Shown here piece after piece: positions 9,213 to 19,782 of a stretch of DNA of 64,000 nucleotides. Each line of letters starts with the position of its first letter. Position 1 is the stretch's first letter. Made by a program: the position numbers and the translations under genes. The notes under the pieces were generated by a model that was given only the letters and a program-made list of their open reading frames with translations, was not told the origin of the DNA and ran no database searches. Origin of the DNA: Flavobacteriaceae bacterium (GTDB taxonomy: Bacteria > Bacteroidota > Bacteroidia > Flavobacteriales > Flavobacteriaceae); the NCBI GenBank assembly GCA_028279515.1, contig JANQNQ010000009.1:194429-258428 (forward strand), read 5' to 3'.

Positions 9213-10121
9213 GTGAAAACCTTTAAAGGATATGCGATGAGTTTTTCAAAGACGGCCTCTGAGATAAGAAGGGGCATTTGGGCCATAGAACACCAGACTG
9301 CGGTCGGGTATCTTCCACTTGTGGCCAATATCCTATCAGGAAAGAAGATCCAGGACACAGATTTCAAGAAGCAGGAGGCGACCAGATATGTGGTTGATGA
9401 AGATGGTAATCGAGTTGGCAAGGACTCACTTTCGGGTGGATACCCAGAGGGTTCTGTAGGTGTGGTCGAGATAGTTGGCCCCATGATCAAGTATGGGAAC
9501 TACTACTGTTGGGGAGCTGACGAGCTCGTACATATGGCCAAGACATTCGATGAGGATCCTAATATCATTGGCCAGATATGGAAGATCGATACTGGTGGTG
9601 GAGCAGTTTCTGCGGTGGCCCCATACTTGGACTTTCTCGAAAACAAGAAGAAACCGGTTGTCGGATTGGCTGACCTCTGCGCTAGCGCAGGTATCTGGGT
9701 TGCCTCTGCGACAGACGTTCTGATAGCCGAAAATGAGATCAACGCAGCATTTGGAAGCATCGGAGTGATGTCTACCTTCTATACCTATGAGAAGTATATG
9801 AAGGATCTCGGCATCAAGGAACATGTCGTCTATGCTGATCAAAGCAGTGAGAAGAATAAGGATTACGAGGAAGCTAGAAAAGGCAATTATAAACTACTTA
9901 AGGAACGCACATTGAATCCTTTGGCCGAGAAATTTCAGAATGATATAAAGAGCTACCGTGAAGGTAAAATAAAAGAGAATGTACATGGGATCCTAAATGG
10001 TAGGATGTTCTACGCTCGTGAGGCTTTGAATCATGGACTCATCGATAGCATAGGCAACATGCAGGATGCCATTAAAACGATAAGGCTGCAGGCTGCAGCC
10101 CGTGAATACAATTTTCAATAA
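9213..10121 (+). CDS. S49-family (SppA/ClpP-like) serine peptidase, the putative prohead maturation protease
   Basis: GxSxG-like active-site context (LCASAGIW). Directly upstream of the capsid gene. 302 aa. Confidence 0.6.
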   Translation: MKTFKGYAMSFSKTASEIRRGIWAIEHQTAVGYLPLVANILSGKKIQDTDFKKQEATRYVVDEDGNRVGKDSLSGGYPEGSVGVVEIVGPMIKYGNYYCWGADELVHMAKTFDEDPNIIGQIWKIDTGGGAVSAVAPYLDFLENKKKPVVGLADLCASAGIWVASATDVLIAENEINAAFGSIGVMSTFYTYEKYMKDLGIKEHVVYADQSSEKNKDYEEARKGNYKLLKERTLNPLAEKFQNDIKSYREGKIKENVHGILNGRMFYAREALNHGLIDSIGNMQDAIKTIRLQAAAREYNFQ

Positions 10122-10143
10122 TTATTAATCAAAACCAGATCAA

Positions 10144-12273
10144 ATGAAATTTAAAAAGATCGTAGCGTCGGTATTCGAATTCATGGGAATTGCGGCCGAC
10201 CACAAGGAAAAGCTGGCCTTCACAGAGGATGAGAAAGACAAGCTTGACAAACACACTGGCAAGGAGGGCTTCGCTGATAAGTTCGAGGCGCAGTTCAATC
10301 ATGAGCTCGAGGCTCAGGACAACGCCGAGGCCAAGAAACTCTACGAAGAGTTCATGGAGCAGGAGGCTGAATCATCCGGAGATACCGTGGAAGGTGTCAA
10401 GGAAAAGATCGAGGTGGACGAGAAGACCGCCACCCAACAGATGAAGGCGATCATTGATGACTTCAAAGTGATCAAGGCTGAGAATCAACAAATGAAAGGT
10501 CAAATTGCCGAATTGGAAAAAAAACCAGAAGATGATGTGCCAGAAGCGGTCATCAAGATGGGCGAAAACAAAGAACAAGTGAAACACAGTAAGACACATC
10601 TATTCAGTTCTAACAAAAGTTGGGACCAATTGGACAGGCCTTGGAACAAGAGTGCCGCTGATGGTAATGTTAAGGGCTCCACCACATGGAATGACCTTAA
10701 CATCGATAAGTTAAACAGTGACCTTCAGGACTACAGTCGCAGGAACAGTAGTGAGATCATGTCGATGATCTTTGATGGTTTTGATATCCCAGAACATTGG
10801 CGTGTTTATACCAATATTCAGGATGAGTTCGTTTTCTCAGCACTTGCGACCGGTGAGATCACACAAGGATATAAAGAAGGATGGCTACCTAAGAACAAGC
10901 AGCGCTTCGTACCTCAAAAGAACAAGATCTACGACAAGCAGATCGATGGTTTCTTCACAGGAAAACAACTTAAATCCATTGAGAAATCATGGCTTAACAT
11001 GTTCTTCAATGAAGGTTCTACTCCTTATAAGGAAAGCTTTGTAAGATATCTTATCAACGAAATTCTCAAGCAAGCAAGAAAGGAGGACAAAATATCTTTG
11101 TTTAAAGGCGTTTACAAAGAGACTCCTGCTGACGCCAGCGAACCAGGACACTTCATTAACTCAATGAATGGATTTCTCAAGATCCTCGATCAGAAAAGGG
11201 GAACAGAATATGTACCATTTACATTGGGTAAGATAACAGAGGCTAACGTTTATGATAAGGTTAACGAAATGGTAGAGCAGCTGCCACATTCAGTTAGAAA
11301 CCTACCCGGACTAAAGTTTGGGATGTCAAAATACTGGCACCGACGTTATCATGACGCTCGAGAGCTCCGTAAAGGGACCAATATGGACTATGCTGCTCAA
11401 GATGAATATGTGGAAAAGTTCCCAAACATTGAGTTTACACACCATGCCCAATTGGATGGGTCTGACTTCTTCTATATAACGCCAGATGATAACATTGGTG
11501 TCATGGTTGACCGACCAGGTGAGGAGAGCATTATCACCTTAGAGAAGGATAAGAGGAATATTAACTTCTTCAATGACTACAAATTAGGGGTTTGCTTCAA
11601 GGCGTTCGGTGCGAAGGTCGATGCGTCAGACGAGCTTACCTATGAAAACCAGATCTTCTTCTCAAACGAGGCAGAAGTACTTTGGGATGTCTATTATCCT
11701 GCAGATGCAGACGATGCCACACCATCCGTTGCAGATCACTATGCACTTTCAATAGGTAGTCTAAACACAACGGCAACAAATATTACAAGCATCGATGATG
11801 CAGAGACAGGCGATACTATCTTCCTGTATGGTAATAGTGATACAAACCCATCAACAGTGGTATCCAGCGCCAACATGATCTTGGATGGGGGCAACTTTAT
11901 TCTCACCAAGGGAAACACCTTGACACTCAAGGCACTTTCAGCTACCAAGTTCATCGAATTGGACAGACGCACTCCCGCATCTGCCGCTGCAGAGGAAGAG
12001 CAGGAAATTGCAGCAGATGCAACTACTATAGATGCGTCTTCAGGCCTTCTGATCTTCGTAACATCTTCCAATACGCAGGCTACGGCATTGACCAACATCG
12101 AAAATGCCGTGCTCGGAGAGACGTATACAGTGAAGGGTGGAAGCAGTACGAATCCTACCACTATCGCCACAGGAACGAACTTCCTTTTGGACAGTGCATT
12201 CACCGCGAACGATGGTAGCTATATCAAGTTGTATTACAACGGTACAAAGTTCATCGAGATCGAACGCGGATAA
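10144..12273 (+). CDS. Putative major capsid protein with an N-terminal coiled-coil delta/scaffold-like domain and two C-terminal ~65-aa repeat modules
   Basis: 709 aa. The first ~150 aa are E/K-rich coiled coil. It sits immediately after the protease. Two C-terminal repeats share the pattern ..NAVLGETYT..GGSSTNPTTIA..NFLL. Confidence 0.5.
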   Translation: MKFKKIVASVFEFMGIAADHKEKLAFTEDEKDKLDKHTGKEGFADKFEAQFNHELEAQDNAEAKKLYEEFMEQEAESSGDTVEGVKEKIEVDEKTATQQMKAIIDDFKVIKAENQQMKGQIAELEKKPEDDVPEAVIKMGENKEQVKHSKTHLFSSNKSWDQLDRPWNKSAADGNVKGSTTWNDLNIDKLNSDLQDYSRRNSSEIMSMIFDGFDIPEHWRVYTNIQDEFVFSALATGEITQGYKEGWLPKNKQRFVPQKNKIYDKQIDGFFTGKQLKSIEKSWLNMFFNEGSTPYKESFVRYLINEILKQARKEDKISLFKGVYKETPADASEPGHFINSMNGFLKILDQKRGTEYVPFTLGKITEANVYDKVNEMVEQLPHSVRNLPGLKFGMSKYWHRRYHDARELRKGTNMDYAAQDEYVEKFPNIEFTHHAQLDGSDFFYITPDDNIGVMVDRPGEESIITLEKDKRNINFFNDYKLGVCFKAFGAKVDASDELTYENQIFFSNEAEVLWDVYYPADADDATPSVADHYALSIGSLNTTATNITSIDDAETGDTIFLYGNSDTNPSTVVSSANMILDGGNFILTKGNTLTLKALSATKFIELDRRTPASAAAEEEQEIAADATTIDASSGLLIFVTSSNTQATALTNIENAVLGETYTVKGGSSTNPTTIATGTNFLLDSAFTANDGSYIKLYYNGTKFIEIERG

Positions 12274-12327
12274 AATTTAACGGCCCTGCCAAGCGGGGCC
12301 TTTGTATAATCATTAAAAATTAAGAAT

Positions 12328-13155
12328 ATGTCAGGATATGTAAAACCCGCGAGTATTCAAAAAGCAAGTGCGGCACCAGAATCCAAGAGCTTGCGAATCC
12401 GAGTTATCGAGACAGCCGATATCGTATACACGCCGCCAAAGGACGCCAATGGTGTCATGATGGTTGGGAACTTCCAATTGGCTCCAGGTAAATACTGGAC
12501 CGAGTTTGATGTGACCCCAAGCAAGACCAACCTTCCATTTAGTAGTGAAGGCGAGGAGGACAACGTTTCGCTGAGCTCCTTACCAGAATTCTATGCTCCT
12601 GGAAGTACACTGGAGCAGGAGGAATTTGTTCAAAATTGGACCAACACGAGCATCGTTATCGCCGTAGAGGTTGGGGCGTGCAATAGCCCTAATCCGTTCT
12701 GGAGAATCTACGGGAGCAAATGCGCGCCCTTGACATTGTTGGCAGAAGGACAGAACGACAATGAGGCCACGGCCATCATGTTGAAATTCCAACAGTTCAC
12801 CAAGACGCAGAATATGGCCGGACGATATACAGGTACATTCACACTCAGCACAGCGAACGCGGTTCCAGCAGATACTACCAATGTTGATGTTGCTGCAGGA
12901 ACAGGTGAGTACCAATTGGTTGACAATACAATAGCAACCGCCATTGCGGACCTTATCAATGCTGTACTTGGAGGCACCTATACGCTCATCGGTAGTGGTG
13001 GCACGAATCCAGCGACCATCGCATCAAGCAGCGCCAACTTCTTCTTAGTTGGGGCGGTGGATTGGACGGCAGCAACAGGAGCTACCATCACATTCAAGGC
13101 GTTCGACGCTGGAGGAGGCGACTTCTTCTTCGTGGAACAATCGAGAACATCATAG
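12328..13155 (+). CDS. Putative capsid decoration/structural protein sharing the C-terminal module with the capsid protein
   Basis: 275 aa. Its C-terminus (LINAVLGGTYTLIGSGGTNPATIASSSANFFLVG) is homologous to the repeats at the end of the 709-aa protein. Confidence 0.4.
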   Translation: MSGYVKPASIQKASAAPESKSLRIRVIETADIVYTPPKDANGVMMVGNFQLAPGKYWTEFDVTPSKTNLPFSSEGEEDNVSLSSLPEFYAPGSTLEQEEFVQNWTNTSIVIAVEVGACNSPNPFWRIYGSKCAPLTLLAEGQNDNEATAIMLKFQQFTKTQNMAGRYTGTFTLSTANAVPADTTNVDVAAGTGEYQLVDNTIATAIADLINAVLGGTYTLIGSGGTNPATIASSSANFFLVGAVDWTAATGATITFKAFDAGGGDFFFVEQSRTS

Positions 13156-13188
13156 TTCATGGTTAGTTTTTTAAGTTAGTTAGTTTGA

Positions 13189-13212
13189 CCCCGCAGCGAT
13201 GCGGGGTTTTTT
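13189..13212 (+). terminator. Rho-independent terminator after the capsid module
   Basis: CCCCGC-AGCGAT-GCGGGG followed by TTTTTT. Confidence 0.7.
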
Positions 13213-13277
13213 AGTCCTTTTTACGGATGCAATTGCATACTACTTTGCCGTAAATGCAACAGTAACAACACACAGTT

Positions 13278-14321
13278 ATGACAGATAGAGAAAAAGTTAT
13301 CGACTTCATCAAGTATGACAGAACCATATTGACCGGTCGTACATTGTATGCAAACTTACCAGGAAGCAGCCGAGCAATGGCCAATAGTTTGAACCGCCTC
13401 CCAGAGAGCCCTCAACATGTAGAGCGCATGTGCTACGAGATGTGCAAGTTGGTCGGCATTAAGGAGCTGATGATGCGATCGCTTCTCTCGAAAAAGGTAC
13501 AGACCAGACCAGTAGAGCCAGAGGAAACTAACGATCAAGAACTGGACTGGGATCCGAATGACCTTCTTCTTTCGTTGGACTTCGACACGATCGATGAAAA
13601 GGAGCTTGAGAATGCGGCGATTCATCTTTCAGAGATCTCCGGTTACGATGCTGCGGTCGAGATCCCAGATTTTGGAGGTGGTATCCAAGGGAATAAGGCC
13701 AGAAGGGATTTTGTGAAGGAACATCAGATCGAATCTGAATCGAATAAGACAAACGACCTTGATCGGGCAATCGAGCAATGGTCGACCTCACAACGTGGCC
13801 CGAAGCTCGAGGCAGCGTGTGAAAAGCTGAAGGTAGCCAAGTACGAATTGGCTGCAGAACAGATGAGAGCGCTCCCTAAGGCCGTCAAGGAATCTATCAA
13901 GCTACGGGACCAGTTCCCATTCTTGGGAGAATCGGATTGTCCTGATTGGGCAAAGATCCTAGTTTCCGATCTAATTACCGCATACCACAACTACAGAAAG
14001 AATCAGCCCCTGTTACATCACGCGACCACGGATGAGCAGCGAGCGGAGATCCTGAAGGATGTAAAGACAGCATTCATTAAGAACAAGAAGATTTGGGCCG
14101 AACTAGAATCCTTCCGAGACAAGGGCGCTCCCTTAGGTGAGCATGAGGTCTTCAAGATGATCGAACACAAGGAGGCCATCAAAAGCCTTGATGCCGAGGC
14201 ATTGAGCAAAAAGATAAATGCTTTGAGCAGCCAGAAGAGCAGAAGCAAGGGAGATAAGAAGAAGCATGGATTCGTTACCGAGCTTCTTGAATTTGCCCAA
14301 GCCGAACTTAAGAGACGATGA
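13278..14321 (+). CDS. Hypothetical prophage protein
   Basis: 347-aa acidic protein at the start of a new transcription unit. Confidence 0.4.
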   Translation: MTDREKVIDFIKYDRTILTGRTLYANLPGSSRAMANSLNRLPESPQHVERMCYEMCKLVGIKELMMRSLLSKKVQTRPVEPEETNDQELDWDPNDLLLSLDFDTIDEKELENAAIHLSEISGYDAAVEIPDFGGGIQGNKARRDFVKEHQIESESNKTNDLDRAIEQWSTSQRGPKLEAACEKLKVAKYELAAEQMRALPKAVKESIKLRDQFPFLGESDCPDWAKILVSDLITAYHNYRKNQPLLHHATTDEQRAEILKDVKTAFIKNKKIWAELESFRDKGAPLGEHEVFKMIEHKEAIKSLDAEALSKKINALSSQKSRSKGDKKKHGFVTELLEFAQAELKRR

Positions 14322-14644
14322 GCCAATCCGTACAGGAAATACTTGACCAATTGACAGCAAGCGACTATGAGGAGATTGAGTCGCTTGCCGCTTCTGGGCA
14401 CATCTCGACCGAGATCGCCAGAATATTGAATGTCGATGTTCAGAGGTTTCGATTGCTTTGGAACGATCCCAATTCAGAAGTACGGAAAAGATATGACCTT
14501 GGCATTCTGGAGATCGAGGCCAACAAGATGAAAAAACTTGCAGATAAGGCCGAAAATGGCAATATCACCGCGATCCAACAGCATGACAAGAAACTACAGT
14601 CACAGCACTTCAGAGAAGTTAGATCCAAAGTATTTGGGGCATGA
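14318..14644 (+). CDS. Putative terminase small subunit/DNA-binding protein
   Basis: 108 aa with an HTH-like segment (ISTEIARILNVD). Located just upstream of the large terminase. Confidence 0.35.
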   Translation: MSQSVQEILDQLTASDYEEIESLAASGHISTEIARILNVDVQRFRLLWNDPNSEVRKRYDLGILEIEANKMKKLADKAENGNITAIQQHDKKLQSQHFREVRSKVFGA

Positions 14645-15279
14645 GTGAGTTGAAGGAAGAACAGTTTTTGGAAGGGGTACATCTGGCAGTCCTGCAGGAT
14701 TGGATCCAAAAGGGCAAGGCTGGAAACATGCCTGAACCAATGATACTCTATCTTGAGCAATTGGACTTTGCACGAGCCCAATGGAATCAAGCGAGTTCTC
14801 CACAGAAAATAATCAAAGCCTTGCAGACCCATTACGAGGACCTTGATAAACTCACCGCAAAGTCACGATTCGAAGATGCTTTGACCTTCTTCTATCTCGA
14901 CAAGAATGTAAAACAACAGATCTGGAGGAATGCGCTTTTCGAGAAACAGATGCAGTTGGCCGAAGCAACCATACTATCTGCGACCAAACCAGAAGACTAC
15001 GATACGGCAAGCAAGATATTGGAACGTGCATATAGAATGAAAGGCTTAGATAAGGACGAAGAAGAATCGGTACCAGATTCTGTATTCCAACTTCCAACGA
15101 CAGTATTGTCATTAAGACCCGAGGATATCGGCATGCAATCTGCCAACAGGAATGCACTGGCGAAGATGATTGATAATATGAACATTGAAGAGTCAGAAAA
15201 GATTCGCATCAAGCAAGATGCTGGAATCGAACCTCGAAAAGTATTTGAGAGATATGAGCAAAAGGCAGATACGACGTGA
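14641..15279 (+). CDS. Hypothetical prophage protein
   Basis: 212 aa. Overlaps the terminase ORF. Confidence 0.4.
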   Translation: MSELKEEQFLEGVHLAVLQDWIQKGKAGNMPEPMILYLEQLDFARAQWNQASSPQKIIKALQTHYEDLDKLTAKSRFEDALTFFYLDKNVKQQIWRNALFEKQMQLAEATILSATKPEDYDTASKILERAYRMKGLDKDEEESVPDSVFQLPTTVLSLRPEDIGMQSANRNALAKMIDNMNIEESEKIRIKQDAGIEPRKVFERYEQKADTT

Positions 15280-16942
15280 TCGAGAAGGGGTCAAGTTCGG
15301 GTATTCGAACTGGCTTGCACAATTCATTCAACTTTTATCACCAAATTCACTTGATATTGTTGCAGGAAGAGGAACTTCGAAAACAGAAGATATTCTAGCT
15401 AGAAGAGCAATAGAGGTCAGCGCAGAAATGCCAGGATGTTTTGTGGCGATTACATCTGACACGTTCATGAATGCCAAGAAGAACGTATGGCCGTCGATCA
15501 TCAATGGATGGAACCGGATAGGTTGGAAGGAGGGTATACACTACCTAGTCGATAAAAGACCGCCTAAACACTTCAAGCTGCCATACAAACCTATTTTTGA
15601 ATTCAAGAATACCGTCACTACCGTCCACGGGACGCACTTCAAGACGATCTCACAAGACAGGCCATCAATTGGTGCAGGCGATTCGTTTCAACATGTGATC
15701 GGTGATGAGGCCAAATATTTGAATGAAGATAAGCTTAACAAACTTACCCCTGCAGTGCGTGGGGAGTACATCAGATTTGGCAACAGCCATCTATATGGAG
15801 GACGAACCTTCACAACAGATATGCCCAACCCGAACCAGGGAGAGTATGATTGGATACTGAAGAGAGCTGATAAGATGGATGTTCAGTTAATTAAATGCAT
15901 TGCCCAAGCTGCTTTCGTTATCAACGAAATAAAAAGAGAGATAGTCAATTATGAGAATGACGGTGACAAGAGAAATGCAGATATGCGCAGGAAGTTATTG
16001 AAGAGATGGGAAGATAGGATCCGTCCTCTTCGTAAGCGCGCCACCTTCTTCTATGTGGCTAGCACCTTCGTAAATGCTGATGTATTAACAGAAGATTATT
16101 TTAAGACCGTTTTCAGTAATATGGACTTCAGTGAGGCGATGGTTTCCATATTGTCCATGATTCCTAAACTTGAGAAGGGGCTAATGTTCTATCCAGCTTT
16201 GGGCATTGAGCACTTCTTCAATAATGGGATCGATAACGCCAGGTTCGAGTCGGTAGGTCTGTTGGAACAGATGGAATTAATTTCTACCGACCTAATATAC
16301 GTCGACCACCGTGCACCGATCGAGGCAGGGCTTGATGGAGGTAACATGTGCAGTCTGCACACTGGACAGTTGCAGGGGAATGTATTACGATCGTTGAAGG
16401 ACTTTCATACCTTACCACCTGACTTCCTTCCTGAGTTGGCGAAACAGTTCTGTGATTTCTACAAATATCATGGATACAAGGAACTGATATTGTACTACGA
16501 CAGAGCTCTAAACAATTACAAACAGGTAGGTGATGACATGATATCCAAGTTCAAGAAGGCGATGGAAGAATTCGGTCCTGAATGGGCGGTCACAATGAAG
16601 AGTGAACACCAAGAGACCATCACTCAACAACAAGAGTATGAGTTGGCCTTGGCCATGATGACAGGAACCAATACCAGACTTCCGAAGATTCAGATTGATA
16701 GCATTAATTGCCGTGTAACGAAGAGCTCCATGGAAAAGGCGCAGAAGATCATCCGGGTAAAGCCTAACGGCGACAAGTCGACCCATAAGGACAAATCTTC
16801 CGAACGACTACCTAGCCACCGATTGCCAATGGAGTCTACCAATATGAGTGACGGTTATAAATATTTCATATGTCGAGAGGAATTCTTGGCAGAGATCAGG
16901 GGTGGAAGGTCACTTTTCTCAGGTACTCCAGGAGCACTTTAA
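15185..16942 (+). CDS. Terminase large subunit (the start may be the internal ATG at 15254)
   Basis: Deviant Walker A (VAGRGTSKTED) and Walker B-like (HVIGDEAKYL) motifs. Size is ~560-585 aa. The acidic C-terminal half is consistent with a nuclease domain. Confidence 0.6.
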   Translation: MKSQKRFASSKMLESNLEKYLRDMSKRQIRRDREGVKFGYSNWLAQFIQLLSPNSLDIVAGRGTSKTEDILARRAIEVSAEMPGCFVAITSDTFMNAKKNVWPSIINGWNRIGWKEGIHYLVDKRPPKHFKLPYKPIFEFKNTVTTVHGTHFKTISQDRPSIGAGDSFQHVIGDEAKYLNEDKLNKLTPAVRGEYIRFGNSHLYGGRTFTTDMPNPNQGEYDWILKRADKMDVQLIKCIAQAAFVINEIKREIVNYENDGDKRNADMRRKLLKRWEDRIRPLRKRATFFYVASTFVNADVLTEDYFKTVFSNMDFSEAMVSILSMIPKLEKGLMFYPALGIEHFFNNGIDNARFESVGLLEQMELISTDLIYVDHRAPIEAGLDGGNMCSLHTGQLQGNVLRSLKDFHTLPPDFLPELAKQFCDFYKYHGYKELILYYDRALNNYKQVGDDMISKFKKAMEEFGPEWAVTMKSEHQETITQQQEYELALAMMTGTNTRLPKIQIDSINCRVTKSSMEKAQKIIRVKPNGDKSTHKDKSSERLPSHRLPMESTNMSDGYKYFICREEFLAEIRGGRSLFSGTPGAL

Positions 16943-17202
16943 AGGGAATTTGCTCTAAAATCTAGGGTTTGTGGACTTTTTAATTGTTAACGGGTCAATT
17001 AATCTTTTGAATGTCAGGGTATAAACCTCTGTAATTCAGTCGTTCACATTTTTTTTCACGCGAAAAATTACGCCACGCTCAACATCGTTTCTGCAATTGC
17101 ACGTTTTTACACATTTTAGATATATGACGATACGACGAATTCTGGTGCATCAGCGGCTTCATGTCCTTTTGATCCATCAGGGCGAGGACTATCATTGTAT
17201 AC

Positions 17203-17493
17203 ATGGATAGCGATACATATAACTCATACGACATCCCGATAGAGAACATGCGACGGCTGACCAAGGCCAAAGTACCATTCTCCTTCTCATATGTCAAGGA
17301 GGACGGGTCCATCAAGGTCGTGAAGAACGCCTTGTTGAGAAAGATGGCCAAGACGGAGCGTGATTCGATGGGACCGTACAAGCTTCAATACCAATGCATT
17401 GACACTGGTCAAAAGCGCAGCTGCTATATCTGCGCACTCCTGAGTTTCAACGGAACTAAAATACTTTTGCAAGATGAGCGTACACAGGCTTAA
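17203..17493 (+). CDS. Hypothetical small protein
   Basis: 96-aa ORF after a 260-bp AT-rich gap. Confidence 0.3.
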   Translation: MDSDTYNSYDIPIENMRRLTKAKVPFSFSYVKEDGSIKVVKNALLRKMAKTERDSMGPYKLQYQCIDTGQKRSCYICALLSFNGTKILLQDERTQA

Positions 17494-18847
17494 CCATAGG
17501 GACCATATCGGTATAGCTGATAATACCTTGTTCTATTACGAGGTCACTGGTGAGGACAGGCGAACCCAAGTAACTGACTATACTGAATCCTATTCCGATT
17601 GGAGGGATTTCACATTGGACGTGGGCAATTTCAAGGTGATACCCTACGGTCGGGACAATGATATCCCAGAACAGATACAGCAAGCGGTATTCCCTAACAG
17701 TTTGGGACCGAGATTGCAGAACAGAAAGGTGGAACTGTTAAACGGGCAGGGACCGTATCTCTACAAAGAGGTGTCAAATGGAAAACAGTTCGAACGTGAA
17801 CCCGTCCAAGACGAGAAGATCATGGCATGGTTGAACGGATTTCAATATCAGGACCATTTATACCGAAATGGTGTAGACTATTACTATCAGAATATGGTGG
17901 TCACCAAGGTCTATTTGGACCGAGCTTCACGTATTGAAGGCATTTCGAGTGTGGCCAAGGTGGAACATATACACGCATATAAGTGCCGAAAGGCATATAG
18001 GAAGAATGCAAGCACTGAGACTCCTACACATGTGATCATTGGCGATTGGGAGAATACCAATTCCAATGAGTTCGATGTATATCCGATATTTGACCCTAAT
18101 GACCCGAAGCGCCACAGGGTTTCCATCCACATCTCAAGTGTTTACTCCTATGGGGTGGAGGACTATGCAGTACCCGAAATCTTGGGAGCTCTCGAGTGGA
18201 TCCGCAGAAGCACCTCCATACCGAAGATCCTTCAGGCTTATACTGACAACTCCCTCAACATCAAATGGCACATCCAATCACCTGCAAAGTATTGGGACGC
18301 CAAAAGGCATATATTGAAGGAAAATTGCAAGGCAGAAAATAAGGTCTATAAAGAAAAGATGCTGGAAGACCTGAAATTGCAGATATTGACCAAACTACAG
18401 GAACTTCTTTCCGGTGTTGACAATGTTGGCAAGTTCTGGCACAACGAGCAGGTCATCGAGATCGTTGGTGGAACCGTGATTGAGCATGGATGGAAGATCA
18501 TACCGATCGACCAAAAGGTCAAGGATTATATTGATGCACAATTGAAGATCGCAGAGAAGTCCGACTTTGCCACGGTAGCCGCATTTGGACTCCACACAGC
18601 TTTGGGGAACGTTGGCGCCGATGGTAAGAGCGATTCAGGAAGCGAATTGTTGAACGCATATCAGATCCACCAACTCACATCCACGAACTTACCCGAATAC
18701 CATGTCACCAAGGCATTGAACGATTGCATTAAGCTTAAGTTCAATACAGATATCAAGGTTGGATTCTATCAAGTTGCCGCAGTAAGGCAGCAGGATGTAA
18801 GCGAAGGTCTAAGGTCGAACCGTCAAACCATAAATCCACGATCATGA
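17474..18847 (+). CDS. Hypothetical protein (possibly the portal, by position and size only)
   Basis: 457 aa, immediately downstream of the terminase. No motif confirmation. Confidence 0.35.
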   Translation: MSVHRLNHRDHIGIADNTLFYYEVTGEDRRTQVTDYTESYSDWRDFTLDVGNFKVIPYGRDNDIPEQIQQAVFPNSLGPRLQNRKVELLNGQGPYLYKEVSNGKQFEREPVQDEKIMAWLNGFQYQDHLYRNGVDYYYQNMVVTKVYLDRASRIEGISSVAKVEHIHAYKCRKAYRKNASTETPTHVIIGDWENTNSNEFDVYPIFDPNDPKRHRVSIHISSVYSYGVEDYAVPEILGALEWIRRSTSIPKILQAYTDNSLNIKWHIQSPAKYWDAKRHILKENCKAENKVYKEKMLEDLKLQILTKLQELLSGVDNVGKFWHNEQVIEIVGGTVIEHGWKIIPIDQKVKDYIDAQLKIAEKSDFATVAAFGLHTALGNVGADGKSDSGSELLNAYQIHQLTSTNLPEYHVTKALNDCIKLKFNTDIKVGFYQVAAVRQQDVSEGLRSNRQTINPRS

Positions 18848-19782
18848 AGATATTATTTGACCCTGCAGACGATGCGCAGTCAGTATTGAATTCCATACTT
18901 ACGTATTTGGATGTGGACATCGATTTCGAAAGCCTTCAGCCCGACATAGAGCTGGTCACTCCCTATCTTATCGATTTCGTTGGACAGGCGATGTACGACA
19001 AAGCTTATGCTCATTTCGAAAATCCACCTGGTCAGACAGATGAAGAATTGGATGATGTCCTTAAGCTGTTCAGGACCTATGTGCTATGCGAGGCATATTT
19101 GAACTATTCACCGAACAATGACCTGACACACAGTACTTCGGGAAGGGCATTCAGGGCCGATGAGAATGAACGGATCGCATGGGAATGGCAAGTAAATGCA
19201 GATGACGCGGCGACGATGAAAAGAGGTTATAAGGCACTGGACCTTGCCATTAGAAAATTGGACGATAATGAATATAGTGAGTGGGTCAACTCTGACGAAT
19301 ACAAACGCTCAAAGCGCACATTGATCCACAATACGAAACAGTTCGACGAGATTTATCCCATCGGTAGGTCTGGTCAGCTCTATTATCGGATGGTGCCATT
19401 CATGGAGAACTTCGAACTGCAGAAGATACTGCCGATACTTGGACAATCGAAGTATGACCAACTGAAGACTGCAGCATTGGCCACGGATCAAACTGACGAG
19501 CAGAAACGACTTTTGACCATTGCCCGCAGCGCATTGGCATACTTGACTTTGGGAAAGGCATACAAGGTCTTCCCGATCGAGATGTTTCCGGATAAGGTGA
19601 GCTATTCGGAGAACACTACACAAAAGTCAAAGGCAAGGGCAGAGGTGATGATGTTCATCAATTCGGAAGCGGAGAAATACCTTAAACAATTAGAGGACCA
19701 GAATGCATTAGACGAGGCGACCTTTGAGGCCAAAGAAACGATGCCTGGTCTTAATGACGACCAAAAATTTGTATCACTATGA
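18844..19782 (+). CDS. Hypothetical prophage structural protein
   Basis: 312 aa, translationally coupled to its neighbours. Confidence 0.35.
   Translation: MKILFDPADDAQSVLNSILTYLDVDIDFESLQPDIELVTPYLIDFVGQAMYDKAYAHFENPPGQTDEELDDVLKLFRTYVLCEAYLNYSPNNDLTHSTSGRAFRADENERIAWEWQVNADDAATMKRGYKALDLAIRKLDDNEYSEWVNSDEYKRSKRTLIHNTKQFDEIYPIGRSGQLYYRMVPFMENFELQKILPILGQSKYDQLKTAALATDQTDEQKRLLTIARSALAYLTLGKAYKVFPIEMFPDKVSYSENTTQKSKARAEVMMFINSEAEKYLKQLEDQNALDEATFEAKETMPGLNDDQKFVSL

Noticed and set aside
16943-17202. cos/pac site or sRNA in the gap after the terminase
   Set aside because: Only AT-rich promoter-like sequence and a short TGCAATTGCA palindrome are present. The evidence is insufficient to call a feature.
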